NCBI GenBank assembly: GCA_022703565.1
Contig: JAKLDK010000003.1
Span: 1 to 54,603, forward strand
Source of the DNA: Candidatus Omnitrophota bacterium
GTDB lineage: Bacteria; Omnitrophota; Gorgyraeia; Zapsychrales; Zapsychraceae
Reading direction: 5' to 3'
Length of the DNA: 54,603 nucleotides
Position numbers and translations under genes: made by a program. Numbering within the stretch: the first letter of the stretch is position 1; each line of letters begins with the position of its first letter. Below the pieces are notes generated by a model that was not told the DNA's origin, made no database searches, and worked only from the letters and a program-made list of their open reading frames with translations. Of the stretch, positions 43,153-52,450 are shown piece by piece.

Positions 43153-44109
43153 ATGCGGGATGAAATCGTCTCTTTATTAAAATCGAGCCAAGGGTATTTA
43201 TCTGGGGAAGAAATCAGCACCAAGTTTAACATCAGCCGTGCAGCTATCTGGAAGCATATTGAAGAGTTGAGAAAAGAAGGTTATTCTATTGAAGGTTCGA
43301 GCCACTTGGGGTATAGAATTAAAAACTCACCGGATAAATTGTTCCCTTGGGAAGTCAAAAAGGGATTGAAAACAAAAATCTTTGGGCAGAAGATTCAGCA
43401 TTTTGAAACAGTTGAGTCTACGATGAATATTGCTTTTTCAAGCGGGCTTAAAGGTGAAAGCGAAGGCTTCATTGTTTGTGCTGAGACCCAGACAGCGGGT
43501 AAAGGCCGGATGGGGCGTAAATGGGTTTCGCCAAAAGGCAAGGGCGTTTATTTCTCGATTCTTTTAAAGCCGTGTTTGCCTATTAATGAGTTGCCCAAAT
43601 TGACTCTACTTGCGGCAGTTAGTGTTTGCGAAGCCATCAATAGTATTATCGCGCCTCTTAAAAGTAATATCAAATGGCCGAATGATATCCTTGTCGGGAA
43701 AAGAAAGCTTGCCGGGATTTTAACTGAGCTAAATGCGGAAATGGACCGGGCAAACTTTATTGTTATTGGAATTGGAATTAATGTGAACTCTTCACTCAAT
43801 ATGTTACCTGCGGGGAGTACGTCTATGAAGATTGAGGTGAAGAAAGAATTCTCTAGAATTTTAGTTTTGCAGGAGGTTCTGTATCGCTTGGAGGATTGGT
43901 ATATTAAAGTAAATAAAGAGGGATTTGACGGTTTGATTAAAGAATGGAAAACTTTGAATTCAACTATTGGAAAAACAATAGCATTCTCGGACAATAATAA
44001 GGTTTTTAAGGCCAAGGCGATTGATATTGATGAATTCGGAAGGCTGGTTCTGAAAACCAACAACGGAAGAATTATAAAAAAAATATCCGGTGATGTAATA
44101 CAAAATTAG
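43153..44109 (+). CDS. birA: Bifunctional biotin-[acetyl-CoA-carboxylase] ligase / biotin operon repressor BirA (class II, with N-terminal HTH)
   Basis: The N-terminal winged HTH reads YLSGEEISTKFNISRAAIWKHIEELRKEGYSIE. The ligase motif is QTAGKGRMGRKW and the KWPNDI motif is present. Confidence 0.93.
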   Translation: MRDEIVSLLKSSQGYLSGEEISTKFNISRAAIWKHIEELRKEGYSIEGSSHLGYRIKNSPDKLFPWEVKKGLKTKIFGQKIQHFETVESTMNIAFSSGLKGESEGFIVCAETQTAGKGRMGRKWVSPKGKGVYFSILLKPCLPINELPKLTLLAAVSVCEAINSIIAPLKSNIKWPNDILVGKRKLAGILTELNAEMDRANFIVIGIGINVNSSLNMLPAGSTSMKIEVKKEFSRILVLQEVLYRLEDWYIKVNKEGFDGLIKEWKTLNSTIGKTIAFSDNNKVFKAKAIDIDEFGRLVLKTNNGRIIKKISGDVIQN

Positions 44110-44112
44110 AAT

Positions 44113-45294
44113 ATGCTAGAGTGTAATTATAATTTTATAAAAAAAGAATTGATTGAATTGGAAGGCAAGAATTTGCTGCGTTATTTACGCTTAGGCGAAG
44201 GGCCGCAAGGCGCGCATATTGTTCTCGACGGCAAAAAGGTGGTTAACTTTTGCTCAAATAATTATTTAGGCTTGGCGAATGACAAAAGAATCGTTAGCGC
44301 GGCAATAAAATCTTTGCGAAAAGAAGGCTTAGGAAGCGGGGCCTCGCGTTTGGTTTGCGGGAATATGCAGGCGCATGAGAAGCTTGAGAAAAGGATTGCT
44401 AAGTTTAAGAAGGCCGAGAAGGCCTTGGTTTTTAATTCCGGCTATGCGGCTAATGTGGGAATTATTTCTGCGCTTTTTGGAAAAGGCGATATTATTTTTA
44501 GCGACAGGCTTAACCATGCCTCAATTGTCGACGGTATTATCTTAAGCCGCTCTGAGTTTAAGCGATATCCGCATAATGACATGAAAGCGCTAGAAGGTTT
44601 GTTGCAGTCTTTTGAAGGATACAAGAAGAAAGTTATTATTACTGATAGTGTTTTTAGTATGGATGGCGATATTGCGCCTTTAAAAGAAATCGTTACTTTG
44701 GCTAATCAATATAAGTGTATGGTTATGATTGATGAGGCGCATGCTTTTGGTGTCATGGGTGAAAGTGGCCGAGGGTTGGCTGAATATCTTGGCGTTGAGG
44801 ATGAAATTGATATACAAATGGGTACGTTTTCAAAAGCCGCCGGATGTTTCGGCGCCTATGTTTGCGGATCTAAGGAATTGATTAATTATTTACTTAATAA
44901 GTCGCGGAGTTTTATTTATTCCACGTCTCTTCCGCCCATGATCGCAGCTGCTTCTTTAGCAGCCGTTGATATTATTGAGAGAAATAAGAGTTTAAGGCGT
45001 GAATTATGGGAGAAAACCAAATATGCGTTAAGGGAGATAAATAATCTTGGGTTTAATACTTTATCCAGCCAGACGCCTATAATCCCAATCGTCGTAGAGC
45101 GGGAAGACTTAGCGATAAAGTTTTCTAAAAAGCTTCTGGAGGGGGGAATATTTGTTGCGGCAATACGCCCGCCGACGGTGCCTAAGAATAGTGCTCGTTT
45201 AAGAGTGTCGATAATAGCTTCGCATACTAAAAAAGACATAAATTATTTACTAGACAATTTAGAACGAATCGGAAAGGACTTATGCCTAATCTAA
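44113..45294 (+). CDS. bioF: 8-amino-7-oxononanoate synthase
   Basis: NYLGLANDKRI, GSGASRLVCGN, the DEAH motif (IDEAHAFG) and the PLP-lysine context TFSKAAG are present. Confidence 0.92.
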   Translation: MLECNYNFIKKELIELEGKNLLRYLRLGEGPQGAHIVLDGKKVVNFCSNNYLGLANDKRIVSAAIKSLRKEGLGSGASRLVCGNMQAHEKLEKRIAKFKKAEKALVFNSGYAANVGIISALFGKGDIIFSDRLNHASIVDGIILSRSEFKRYPHNDMKALEGLLQSFEGYKKKVIITDSVFSMDGDIAPLKEIVTLANQYKCMVMIDEAHAFGVMGESGRGLAEYLGVEDEIDIQMGTFSKAAGCFGAYVCGSKELINYLLNKSRSFIYSTSLPPMIAAASLAAVDIIERNKSLRRELWEKTKYALREINNLGFNTLSSQTPIIPIVVEREDLAIKFSKKLLEGGIFVAAIRPPTVPKNSARLRVSIIASHTKKDINYLLDNLERIGKDLCLI

Positions 45295-46094
45295 TATCAA
45301 AGTCAGGAATTGTTTGGAATTATGAAGTTGAGGGAAAGGGTAAGCCTATTGTGTTTATTCATGGCTGGGGCGTGGATCATCGAATATGGCGCCAACAAAT
45401 TAAACATTTTGTGCAAGAGTTTCAGGTGATAGCCTTTGATTTGCCCGGCCATGGGAACACCACTTGGCAGCCGGTAAATCTTTCGATTGTGGTTGAAGAT
45501 ATTGATTTTTTATTAAAGACTTTGAATGTGCAGAAAGCCATTATTGTTGGCAGCTCGCTGGGTGGTTTGGTGGGGCTAAAATATTATTCATTGTTTCCCG
45601 GAAAAGTTGAAAAAATGATTTTTGTCGGTTCAATGCCCAAATTTTCACAATCGAAAGATTACCCCTTTGGACTAGATGTTGATAAAATCAGGAAGCTTGA
45701 CACACAGCTTGATTCAAGCTATCCGTCGATAATTAACATATTCTTCCGGTCGCTCTTTACAAATGAAGAGCGTGCTTCCCGGCGCTTTAAATGGTTGCAG
45801 CGTTTTAGAAGGACGGAAGGATTTGCCGATAAGAAAGCCTTGTCGCATTATTTGTCAATTTTAGAGAATGAAGATTTAAGGAATAATTTGAAAGTTGTTT
45901 CTGCCCCGGTGCAGTTTATAAATGGGCGGGAAGACACAATCTGTTGCTGTAATACGGTTGAATATTTAAAAACATTACTGCCGCAAGCCCGGTATGATTT
46001 CTTTGAGAAGTGCGGGCATTTTCCTTTTTTGAGTAAACCGTATGAATTTAATGCGTTATTGGAAAGCTTTATTAAGGAAGAAAGTAAGAAATGA
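45282..46094 (+). CDS. bioH: Alpha/beta hydrolase, probable pimeloyl-ACP methyl ester esterase (BioH-like)
   Basis: IVFIHGWGVDHRIWRQQ, DLPGHGNT and the nucleophile elbow GSSLGG are present. It sits between bioF and bioC with overlapping reading frames. Confidence 0.7.
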   Translation: MPNLISKSGIVWNYEVEGKGKPIVFIHGWGVDHRIWRQQIKHFVQEFQVIAFDLPGHGNTTWQPVNLSIVVEDIDFLLKTLNVQKAIIVGSSLGGLVGLKYYSLFPGKVEKMIFVGSMPKFSQSKDYPFGLDVDKIRKLDTQLDSSYPSIINIFFRSLFTNEERASRRFKWLQRFRRTEGFADKKALSHYLSILENEDLRNNLKVVSAPVQFINGREDTICCCNTVEYLKTLLPQARYDFFEKCGHFPFLSKPYEFNALLESFIKEESKK

Positions 46095-46867
46095 TTTTGA
46101 GCCTGAGCGATAATATTATTCAAAAAAGATTTAATCGAGCCTCCGGCAGTTACGATAAATGCTGTGCTTTCCATTCTGTTGCTGCCGACGGAATCATTAA
46201 GAAAATCGACAGAAGAAATAATTACGGGCGTATTTTGGAGGTTGGGCACGGTACGGGATTGCTTACAGAGAAACTATCTAAAATTATTAGGTCTCAGAAT
46301 ATTTACGCAATTGATTTCTCGGATGGAATGGCGAAAATCCTGAGGGATAAGAAAATCAATTGTAACATTATTCAGGCTGATTGCCAGAAGCTTCCTTTCG
46401 AGGACTCGTATTTTGATTTAATTGTTTCAAATTTTACTTATCAATGGGTTCCAAATTTAAGCGTGGCTTTTAAAGAAGCAAATCGTGTTCTTAAGAAAAA
46501 CGGACAGGTAATTATTAATATGTTTGGGCGTAATACATTTAAAGAATTGTTTTATGCCCTTACGCAAGTTGGCATGGCTAATGAATTTATATTAAGGTTA
46601 AGGACGTACGAAGAGATAAAAACGATAATTAACAAAGAAGATTTTGGCAAGGTAAACATTTGCGTAGAAGAGAAGAAGGTTTATTATCCATCAGCGCAAG
46701 AGATGCTGCGTTGGATAAAGAATATCGGCGCAAACGGGTTAAAGCGTGATTTCTATTTTGGGAGGCAATTATGGCAAAAGTTTTGTGAAAGGTATGAGGC
46801 CTTATATCACGAAGAAGCAGGTATTTATGCGACTTTTGAAGTGATTTCAATTGAGGCGAAGAAATGA
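46091..46867 (+). CDS. bioC: Malonyl-ACP O-methyltransferase BioC (class I SAM methyltransferase)
   Basis: The SAM motif is ILEVGHGTGLLT and LPFEDSYFDLIVSNFTYQWV is present. It shows ATGA start/stop coupling to both neighbours. Confidence 0.8.
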   Translation: MILSLSDNIIQKRFNRASGSYDKCCAFHSVAADGIIKKIDRRNNYGRILEVGHGTGLLTEKLSKIIRSQNIYAIDFSDGMAKILRDKKINCNIIQADCQKLPFEDSYFDLIVSNFTYQWVPNLSVAFKEANRVLKKNGQVIINMFGRNTFKELFYALTQVGMANEFILRLRTYEEIKTIINKEDFGKVNICVEEKKVYYPSAQEMLRWIKNIGANGLKRDFYFGRQLWQKFCERYEALYHEEAGIYATFEVISIEAKK

Positions 46868-48888
46868 AAAAAGGGATATTTATAACAGCGACGGACACGG
46901 GAGCCGGAAAGACATTAGTTAGCGCAGTCTTAGGGCTTATCTTGCAAAGAAAAGGATTGAAGGTTGGATACCTTAAGCCGGTACAATGTGCCGGCAATGA
47001 CGCAACTTTTGTTAAGAATTTATTAAAGCTCGATGATGATATAACTGTTATCAACCCGTATTATCTTAAAGAGCCATTATCACCACACTTGGCACTGCGC
47101 CGGGCGAGAAAAAAATTTGATTTTAGAAGAGTTAAGGAGTCATTCTGCAAATTATCGGAGAAATATGATTTGGTGATTGTTGAAGGTGCCGGCGGATTAA
47201 TGGCGCCAATTAGAGAAGGTTATTTTGTTGCTGATTTAATAAAAGATTTAGGGCTAGAGGTTGTAATTGTTGCCCGTAAGGGGCTGGGGACAATAAATCA
47301 CACAACCTTGACGCTAAAGCAAGCCGAAGAATATGGATTGAAAATAAGCGGCCTAATTTTTAATAGCACACATTGTAGCTCAACCGGCATTGCCCAGAAG
47401 ACTAACCCAAAAGAAATACAGAGGATAAATAAAACAAAGGTTTTAGGAATATTGCCTTATTTCCGAGTAAGAAAATATGATGAAATTGTTAAAAAAGTTG
47501 AGGATTCATTAGATTTAAAAGCAATGTTGAGTGACTCTGAATGCGAAAACACAAAGGCGCTTGAAAGTTTAGATAAAAAACATCTTTGGCATCCATTTAC
47601 GCAGATGAAAGATTGGGCCAAAGAAGAGCCCTTGATAATTGAAAAAGGCGAAGGAAATTATTTGATTGATACCGAAGGCAAGCGGTATCTCGACGGGGTA
47701 TCTAGTTTATGGGTCAATGTTCACGGACATTGCAAGAAAGAAATTAACGACGCAATCAAGAAACAATTAAATAAACTCGAGCATTCAACGCTTTTGGGCC
47801 TTTCCAATGTTCCGGCAATAAAATTGTCTAAAAAGCTTGTTGAGGTTGCGCCAAAAGGCTTAAATAAAGTTTTTTATTCCGATAGTGGTTCAACTGCTGT
47901 CGAAGTTGCGTTGAAAATAGCCTACCAGTATTGGCAGAACATTGGGGAAAATAAAAAGACACAAATTGTGCACCTGGCCAATTCATATCACGGGGATACT
48001 TTGGGCTCAGTAAGCGTCGGAGGAATTGATTTGTTTCACAAGGTTTATCGGGGACTGATATTTAAAACAATAAAGGTTGATTTTCCTGACTGCTATCGTG
48101 CGCCTAAAGGCAAGAAATACCCTGCTTATGCATTTGAATGTGTTAGAAATATTGAGAGATTATTTTCGAAAGATTCGAAGAAAATAGCGGCATTTATCGT
48201 CGAGCCGATTGTGCAGGGCGCAGCCGGAATGATTGTTTGGCCGAAAGGAATATTAAAAGAAATAGAAAGGATTTGCCGGAAAAATAATGTTCTGTTAATC
48301 GCCGATGAGGTGGCAACCGGTTTTGGCCGTACCGGAAAGATGTTTACTTGCGAACATGAGAATGTTCGTCCGGATATTATGTGTTTAGCTAAAGGACTTA
48401 CCGGCGGGTATTTGCCTCTGGCGGCGACATTAACAACAGATGAAATATACAATGGATTCTTATTTGATTATAAAGAACAAAAAACATTCTTCCACGGGCA
48501 TACTTACACCGGAAATCCTTTAGCTTGTACTGCGGCATTGGCGAATATTGAAGTATTTGAAAAAGAAAAAACTTTAAATCATATGCAGCCAAAGATTAAA
48601 TATTTAGAAAAAAGATTAAAAGAGTTTCTCCCGTTAAAACACGTCGGGGATGTTAGAAATAAAGGATTTATGGTTGGAATAGAATTGGTTAAAGATAAGA
48701 AAACAAAAGAACCATTTCCTTGGGAAGCAAAAGTTGGAGTTAAGGTTTGTCGGGAAGCTAGGCTTTATGGCGTAATTTTACGACCCCTGGGGAATGTTAT
48801 CGTGTTGATGCCACCTTTGAATATTAGTATCAAAGAAATAAATTGTTTGATAAGCGCGGTGTTGAGAGTTGTCAGGGAGCTTTATTAA
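46864..48888 (+). CDS. bioDA: Fused dethiobiotin synthetase (BioD, N-terminal) and adenosylmethionine-8-amino-7-oxononanoate aminotransferase (BioA, C-terminal)
   Basis: Residues 1 to about 215 read FITATDTGAGKTLVSAVLG...VEGAGGLMAP, which is BioD. Residues from about 235 to 674 read LWHPFTQM...YLDGVSSLWVNVHGH...DEVATGFGRTG...LAKGLTGGY, which is BioA. Both lie in a single ORF with no stop. Confidence 0.88.
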   Translation: MKKGIFITATDTGAGKTLVSAVLGLILQRKGLKVGYLKPVQCAGNDATFVKNLLKLDDDITVINPYYLKEPLSPHLALRRARKKFDFRRVKESFCKLSEKYDLVIVEGAGGLMAPIREGYFVADLIKDLGLEVVIVARKGLGTINHTTLTLKQAEEYGLKISGLIFNSTHCSSTGIAQKTNPKEIQRINKTKVLGILPYFRVRKYDEIVKKVEDSLDLKAMLSDSECENTKALESLDKKHLWHPFTQMKDWAKEEPLIIEKGEGNYLIDTEGKRYLDGVSSLWVNVHGHCKKEINDAIKKQLNKLEHSTLLGLSNVPAIKLSKKLVEVAPKGLNKVFYSDSGSTAVEVALKIAYQYWQNIGENKKTQIVHLANSYHGDTLGSVSVGGIDLFHKVYRGLIFKTIKVDFPDCYRAPKGKKYPAYAFECVRNIERLFSKDSKKIAAFIVEPIVQGAAGMIVWPKGILKEIERICRKNNVLLIADEVATGFGRTGKMFTCEHENVRPDIMCLAKGLTGGYLPLAATLTTDEIYNGFLFDYKEQKTFFHGHTYTGNPLACTAALANIEVFEKEKTLNHMQPKIKYLEKRLKEFLPLKHVGDVRNKGFMVGIELVKDKKTKEPFPWEAKVGVKVCREARLYGVILRPLGNVIVLMPPLNISIKEINCLISAVLRVVRELY

Positions 48889-49337
48889 TATCCGCAGTCA
48901 GGAATTCCACCCGGGCCTGCACACAAAGGAGGGCTTATTACATCTACGCCGCAAGAACAACCTAGTCCATTGCTAATTGAGGCGCAGTCAACGGGCCTGC
49001 AGGGATAAGCTATATAGCTCCAGGGAACATCTGATCCCGAAGCATTCTGCCACTTAGTAAGCGGCGTTAATTTTATTTTTAATGCCGTATTAATAGTCTC
49101 TAAGTCGTCAAAGTCAATATCCTCATCACTACAGGTATTATTTATCTTGTATATTCTACTTGCGGCTTGAATAGAAATAAGGTCGGACTTGATTTTCATT
49201 ATATCCTGTTTTTTCTGTAAATTACTGAAGCTGGGAATGACAAAAGCAGTAATAATTCCGATAATAAGAAGGGTAATCATTAATTCGAGCAAAGTAAAAC
49301 CGTAATTATTTTCACCAGTCTTAATTTTAAATTGCAT
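48885..49337 (-). CDS. Type IV pilin / pseudopilin-like protein (prepilin-type N-terminus)
   Basis: MQFKIKTGENNYG|FTLLELMITLLIIGIITAFVIPSF has Glu at +5. The C-terminus is Cys-rich. It overlaps the upstream beta-helix gene by 11 nt. Confidence 0.8.
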   Translation of the reverse strand: MQFKIKTGENNYGFTLLELMITLLIIGIITAFVIPSFSNLQKKQDIMKIKSDLISIQAASRIYKINNTCSDEDIDFDDLETINTALKIKLTPLTKWQNASGSDVPWSYIAYPCRPVDCASISNGLGCSCGVDVISPPLCAGPGGIPDCGY

Positions 49338-50990
49338 CTATTGGAATATCTCCGGTTTTATAAGTCGACGAATTGTCCTGTTTTTCATAAGCGCCCATGT
49401 CAACATAGGGTGGTGTCCCAATTCCAGTATTCGTTGTGTTTAAATCATCATACCGCGGGAGATTTTCAATATCAAGAGTAGGTTCATAATTTCCATCCGC
49501 GCAATCAATTGCTCCGGAATAGTTTCCTAAATGGTAATCGTTATTTGCCGCATTGATAAAATTAGGATTTGCATTCTTATTTCCAGTGCCGTTGTAACCA
49601 CCTTCAATGTCGCTATAAGTGGCTGTCAATGTGCCGGAGCCGCTGGCAACATTTATTTCATCGCTTGTATTACCCCAGACGATGGAATTTCTTAAATAAA
49701 CAGTATTTACTGGAGTAGAAGTAAGCGCGATTCCATAGTTGGTATTGTTCGCGATAGTTGAGTTTGCAATGTTTACTGTTGATCCGCCAATAACTACAAT
49801 TCCTTTGTTGGAATTATGATCAACAACTAAGTTATTTATTGTGGCATTAAATCTGGCTAGCCAAATACCGCTGCCGCCATTGGGTGCGGTATTGTTTCGA
49901 ATTGTGGTATTAGTTAATGTGAAGCTGTTAATTGTGCTAATATTATCAAGTGTCCAAATTCCTCCGCCGGTACTATAAGCTGTATTTGAGGCGATATTGC
50001 AGTTTGAAATAGTTGGGTTGCTATTATCAGCGATTGCAATTCCACCGCCCATTCCGGCTGATGAGTTCCCGGTAACTGTGCATCCGTTAATTGTTGGTGA
50101 AGAGCTCCAAATAAAAATTCCACCGCCCAAAGTACGGTTCCATTTGTAGTTTGATTGCCAGTAACAGTAATATTTTGAATAGAAGGAGTTCCTCCCGTCA
50201 TATAAATTCCGCCGCCGAGTCCGCCATTTGCAGTATTGTTTTGACTTTGTACATTAGAAATTACAGCATTAGAATATGCAAGCTGTATTCCGCCTCCGCC
50301 ATTTGCGTTATAGGAAGTATTGTTTCTGACAAGGCAGTTTCTTATCGTTGGAGATGCGTTACGAGCAGTTATTCCTCCTCCGCCAGGTCCGCCATGAGCA
50401 ACTCCGTCCCAGTATCCGTTTTGAATAGTAAAACCATCGAGAATTGTATTTGTTGTCACTCCTTCAGCGAAAATTACGACACTGCTGGTATGCGTTCCGT
50501 TAATTATTGTTGTTGCTGAGCCTTGAGTGCTTCTAACTGTAATAGTTAAATTAGGAATAGAAATATCTTCATTATATGTGCCCGGGTCAGCGACCACCTT
50601 ATAGTTATTTTGGGTACTGTTAATACCGGCTTGGATTGTATTATAACATCCGACGAGGTTATCCCCTTCGTCATATACTTTTACCGGGCCGGAACAAGTA
50701 TAGAATTTCTTCCAGGCTTTTATAACTCCGGAACCGGAAGGAATCAACATTCTAATCCTTGTTGCTTGAGGGTGGCTAGGGTCAACCAAAACTACTCCAT
50801 AGGTTGTATTGCCTTTGCTTATGCGCAAAGGAGAAGTCGGCGTTACTTCTTCGCAGGCAATAGGAGTTATTTGCCCGTTATCATAAGCTCGTAGCCCAAT
50901 ATCAATATCGGCAGCTTGCGAATATGCGCATGGTATTAACAGAAACATTAATATTGTTAATGCAATATAAAAAGATTTAGTTTTTATCAT
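49327..50990 (-). pseudogene. Secreted right-handed parallel beta-helix repeat protein, interrupted by a -1 frameshift near 50128-50135
   Basis: Tracked ORFs 49914..51008 and 49327..50130 overlap in different frames. The upstream frame carries signal MIKTKSFYIALTILMFLLIPCAYSQA and the repeats N..A..GGGI...SP.I.NC up to ...VTGNQTTNGTV. That repeat pattern continues only in the other frame (LGGGIFIWSSSPTINGCTVTGNSSAGMGGGI...). The remaining 70 aa of the first frame look like out-of-frame translation. Confidence 0.7.
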
Positions 50991-51037
50991 AAGTCTGTCC
51001 TTAGCCATAATTGACCGGCAACCGGAGAAGCTGGGTC
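50989..51037. repeat. 49-bp exact direct repeat, copy 1
   Basis: ATAAGTCTGTCCTTAGCCATAATTGACCGGCAACCGGAGAAGCTGGGTC is identical to 52454-52502. This copy overlaps the start codon region of the beta-helix gene. Confidence 0.97.
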
Positions 51038-51084
51038 CAATATATTAAGTTTGTTTCTATGTTTTTGCAAGAGTTAACGAATAA

Positions 51085-52386
51085 CTAGTACGGTGATATT
51101 TTTAAAGCTTTGATCTCAGAGGCCGTACGTACGCGTATTTTAGAAGCACTTATATCATTTACGTCGACTAAAACAATTCCTCGAACAGCATTGTTTTTGT
51201 CTGCAATACGCAAAGGAGATAATAATGTTCCCAATGGCTCGGCGCAAATAGTTTTAGTTGTTGAATTCTCATAAATACGCAATCCGATATCGACGCAAGA
51301 TGATTGTGTTTTATATGCATATTTAAGCCTCTGGCAACTACTCCCGCAAGATACCATATAACCAATGTGGACACCATTTGTGCTATCGAGATCAATAGAG
51401 GTGTTATAAGTAGAAGTAGACTCGATAGTTTCTGTTGGCCAATTTGGATAAAGATTAGTTGTGTATTTTAATCCATTCTTGGCATAGCTAATATGGACTT
51501 TCCCGCTTGAGTCAAGAGCTATTGAGCTAGATGCTGTTCCGGCATTAGTTGCAAGAGTTACGGGAGTATTCCATGCGCCAGAAGGAGCATTTGTTATGTA
51601 TTTGATTGTAGAGATATAAGCAGTTTGCAGTACATTGTAAACAATATGTACATAACCGTTTTGGTCAATTTTGATGTCTGGTTTGTATGCTAATGCTACA
51701 GAATTATCTATTGTAATTGGAGCGTTCCATCCGGAACCATTATTTTTGATATATTTTAATCCGTTAACTCCATCATAAGCTATATGCGGAAAATTGTTTG
51801 AATCAACTGCTATGGCAGCATATTTGCCAATTGGATTAGGGTCTATTGTTGCAGGAGTACTCCAGGTGCTTCCGATTGCACTCATATATTTAAGCCAGTT
51901 TTCGTTATAATTTATATCGTTATATGAATAGCAAAAGTGTTTCTTTGAAGTTGAATCTATTACCAAAGAAGATCCCCGGACAAAATTTCTTACGTCAGAC
52001 ATAATATTCGTGTTAGCCCAACCGTCAATTTCTGTCTTATGAAAAGCAGGAATCGTATTATGATTTGCAATAATGTGGGAGAAATTATTTTGGTCCAAAG
52101 AATAAGACCAAAATGAGAAATCGCTTACTGGTTCTTGCAGTGGCCATTGATTGCCTGCTTTTTTCATAATGTAAAGCTTATCCGAACAACCGCTAGTATG
52201 CCATCCTGCTGCTAAACGCGGGATGTTTGAATTATCAATGGCAATGTCGACCTCGTTAATACCATAAGCGGTACAGTTATCATCCCAGGAGAGAGGAGTT
52301 ATTATTTCCCAGCTGAAGGCTATACTACTGAATGATATTAAAAAGAAACAGATAAATGATAGTATAACTAATTTAATTTTATTCAT
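51085..52386 (-). CDS. Secreted beta-propeller-like repeat protein with a C-terminal domain shared with the beta-helix protein
   Basis: The signal is MNKIKLVILSFICFFLISFSSIAFS. It has at least 4 repeats of the form (A/S)I(A/D)(V/L)DS.....HI.Y.....LKY....G.W. The C-terminal DIGLRIYEN...SPLRIADKNNAVRGIVLVDVND..ASKIRVRT..EIKALK is homologous to residues of about 27-95 of the beta-helix protein. Confidence 0.7.
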   Translation of the reverse strand: MNKIKLVILSFICFFLISFSSIAFSWEIITPLSWDDNCTAYGINEVDIAIDNSNIPRLAAGWHTSGCSDKLYIMKKAGNQWPLQEPVSDFSFWSYSLDQNNFSHIIANHNTIPAFHKTEIDGWANTNIMSDVRNFVRGSSLVIDSTSKKHFCYSYNDINYNENWLKYMSAIGSTWSTPATIDPNPIGKYAAIAVDSNNFPHIAYDGVNGLKYIKNNGSGWNAPITIDNSVALAYKPDIKIDQNGYVHIVYNVLQTAYISTIKYITNAPSGAWNTPVTLATNAGTASSSIALDSSGKVHISYAKNGLKYTTNLYPNWPTETIESTSTYNTSIDLDSTNGVHIGYMVSCGSSCQRLKYAYKTQSSCVDIGLRIYENSTTKTICAEPLGTLLSPLRIADKNNAVRGIVLVDVNDISASKIRVRTASEIKALKISPY

Positions 52387-52450
52387 AATGGGTCTTTTTA
52401 TTTATAACTTAATAAGTCAAAGTATAATTTCTTAGTTATCTCATAAGCTT

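Noticed and set aside
43548-48592. Antisense ORFs within the birA-bio operon: 43548..44063(-), 44916..45239(-), 45848..46249(-), 46629..47054(-) and 48126..48452(-).
   Set aside because: They lie opposite genes with clear BirA, BioF, BioH, BioC, BioD and BioA motifs and have no independent signals.
49914-50127. The C-terminal 70 aa of tracked ORF 49914..51008 (VLWAVEFLFGALHQQLTDAQ...).
   Set aside because: The composition is unlike the beta-helix repeats and the segment overlaps the in-pattern frame of ORF 49327..50130. I interpret it as read-through after a frameshift, not as real protein.
50991-51005. AAGGACAGACTTA (minus strand), considered as another copy of the AGGGACAGAC intergenic motif.
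   Set aside because: In the 52.45 kb copy it is coding sequence (LRTDL) of the fibre gene, and the match to the motif core is partial. It is probably coincidental.
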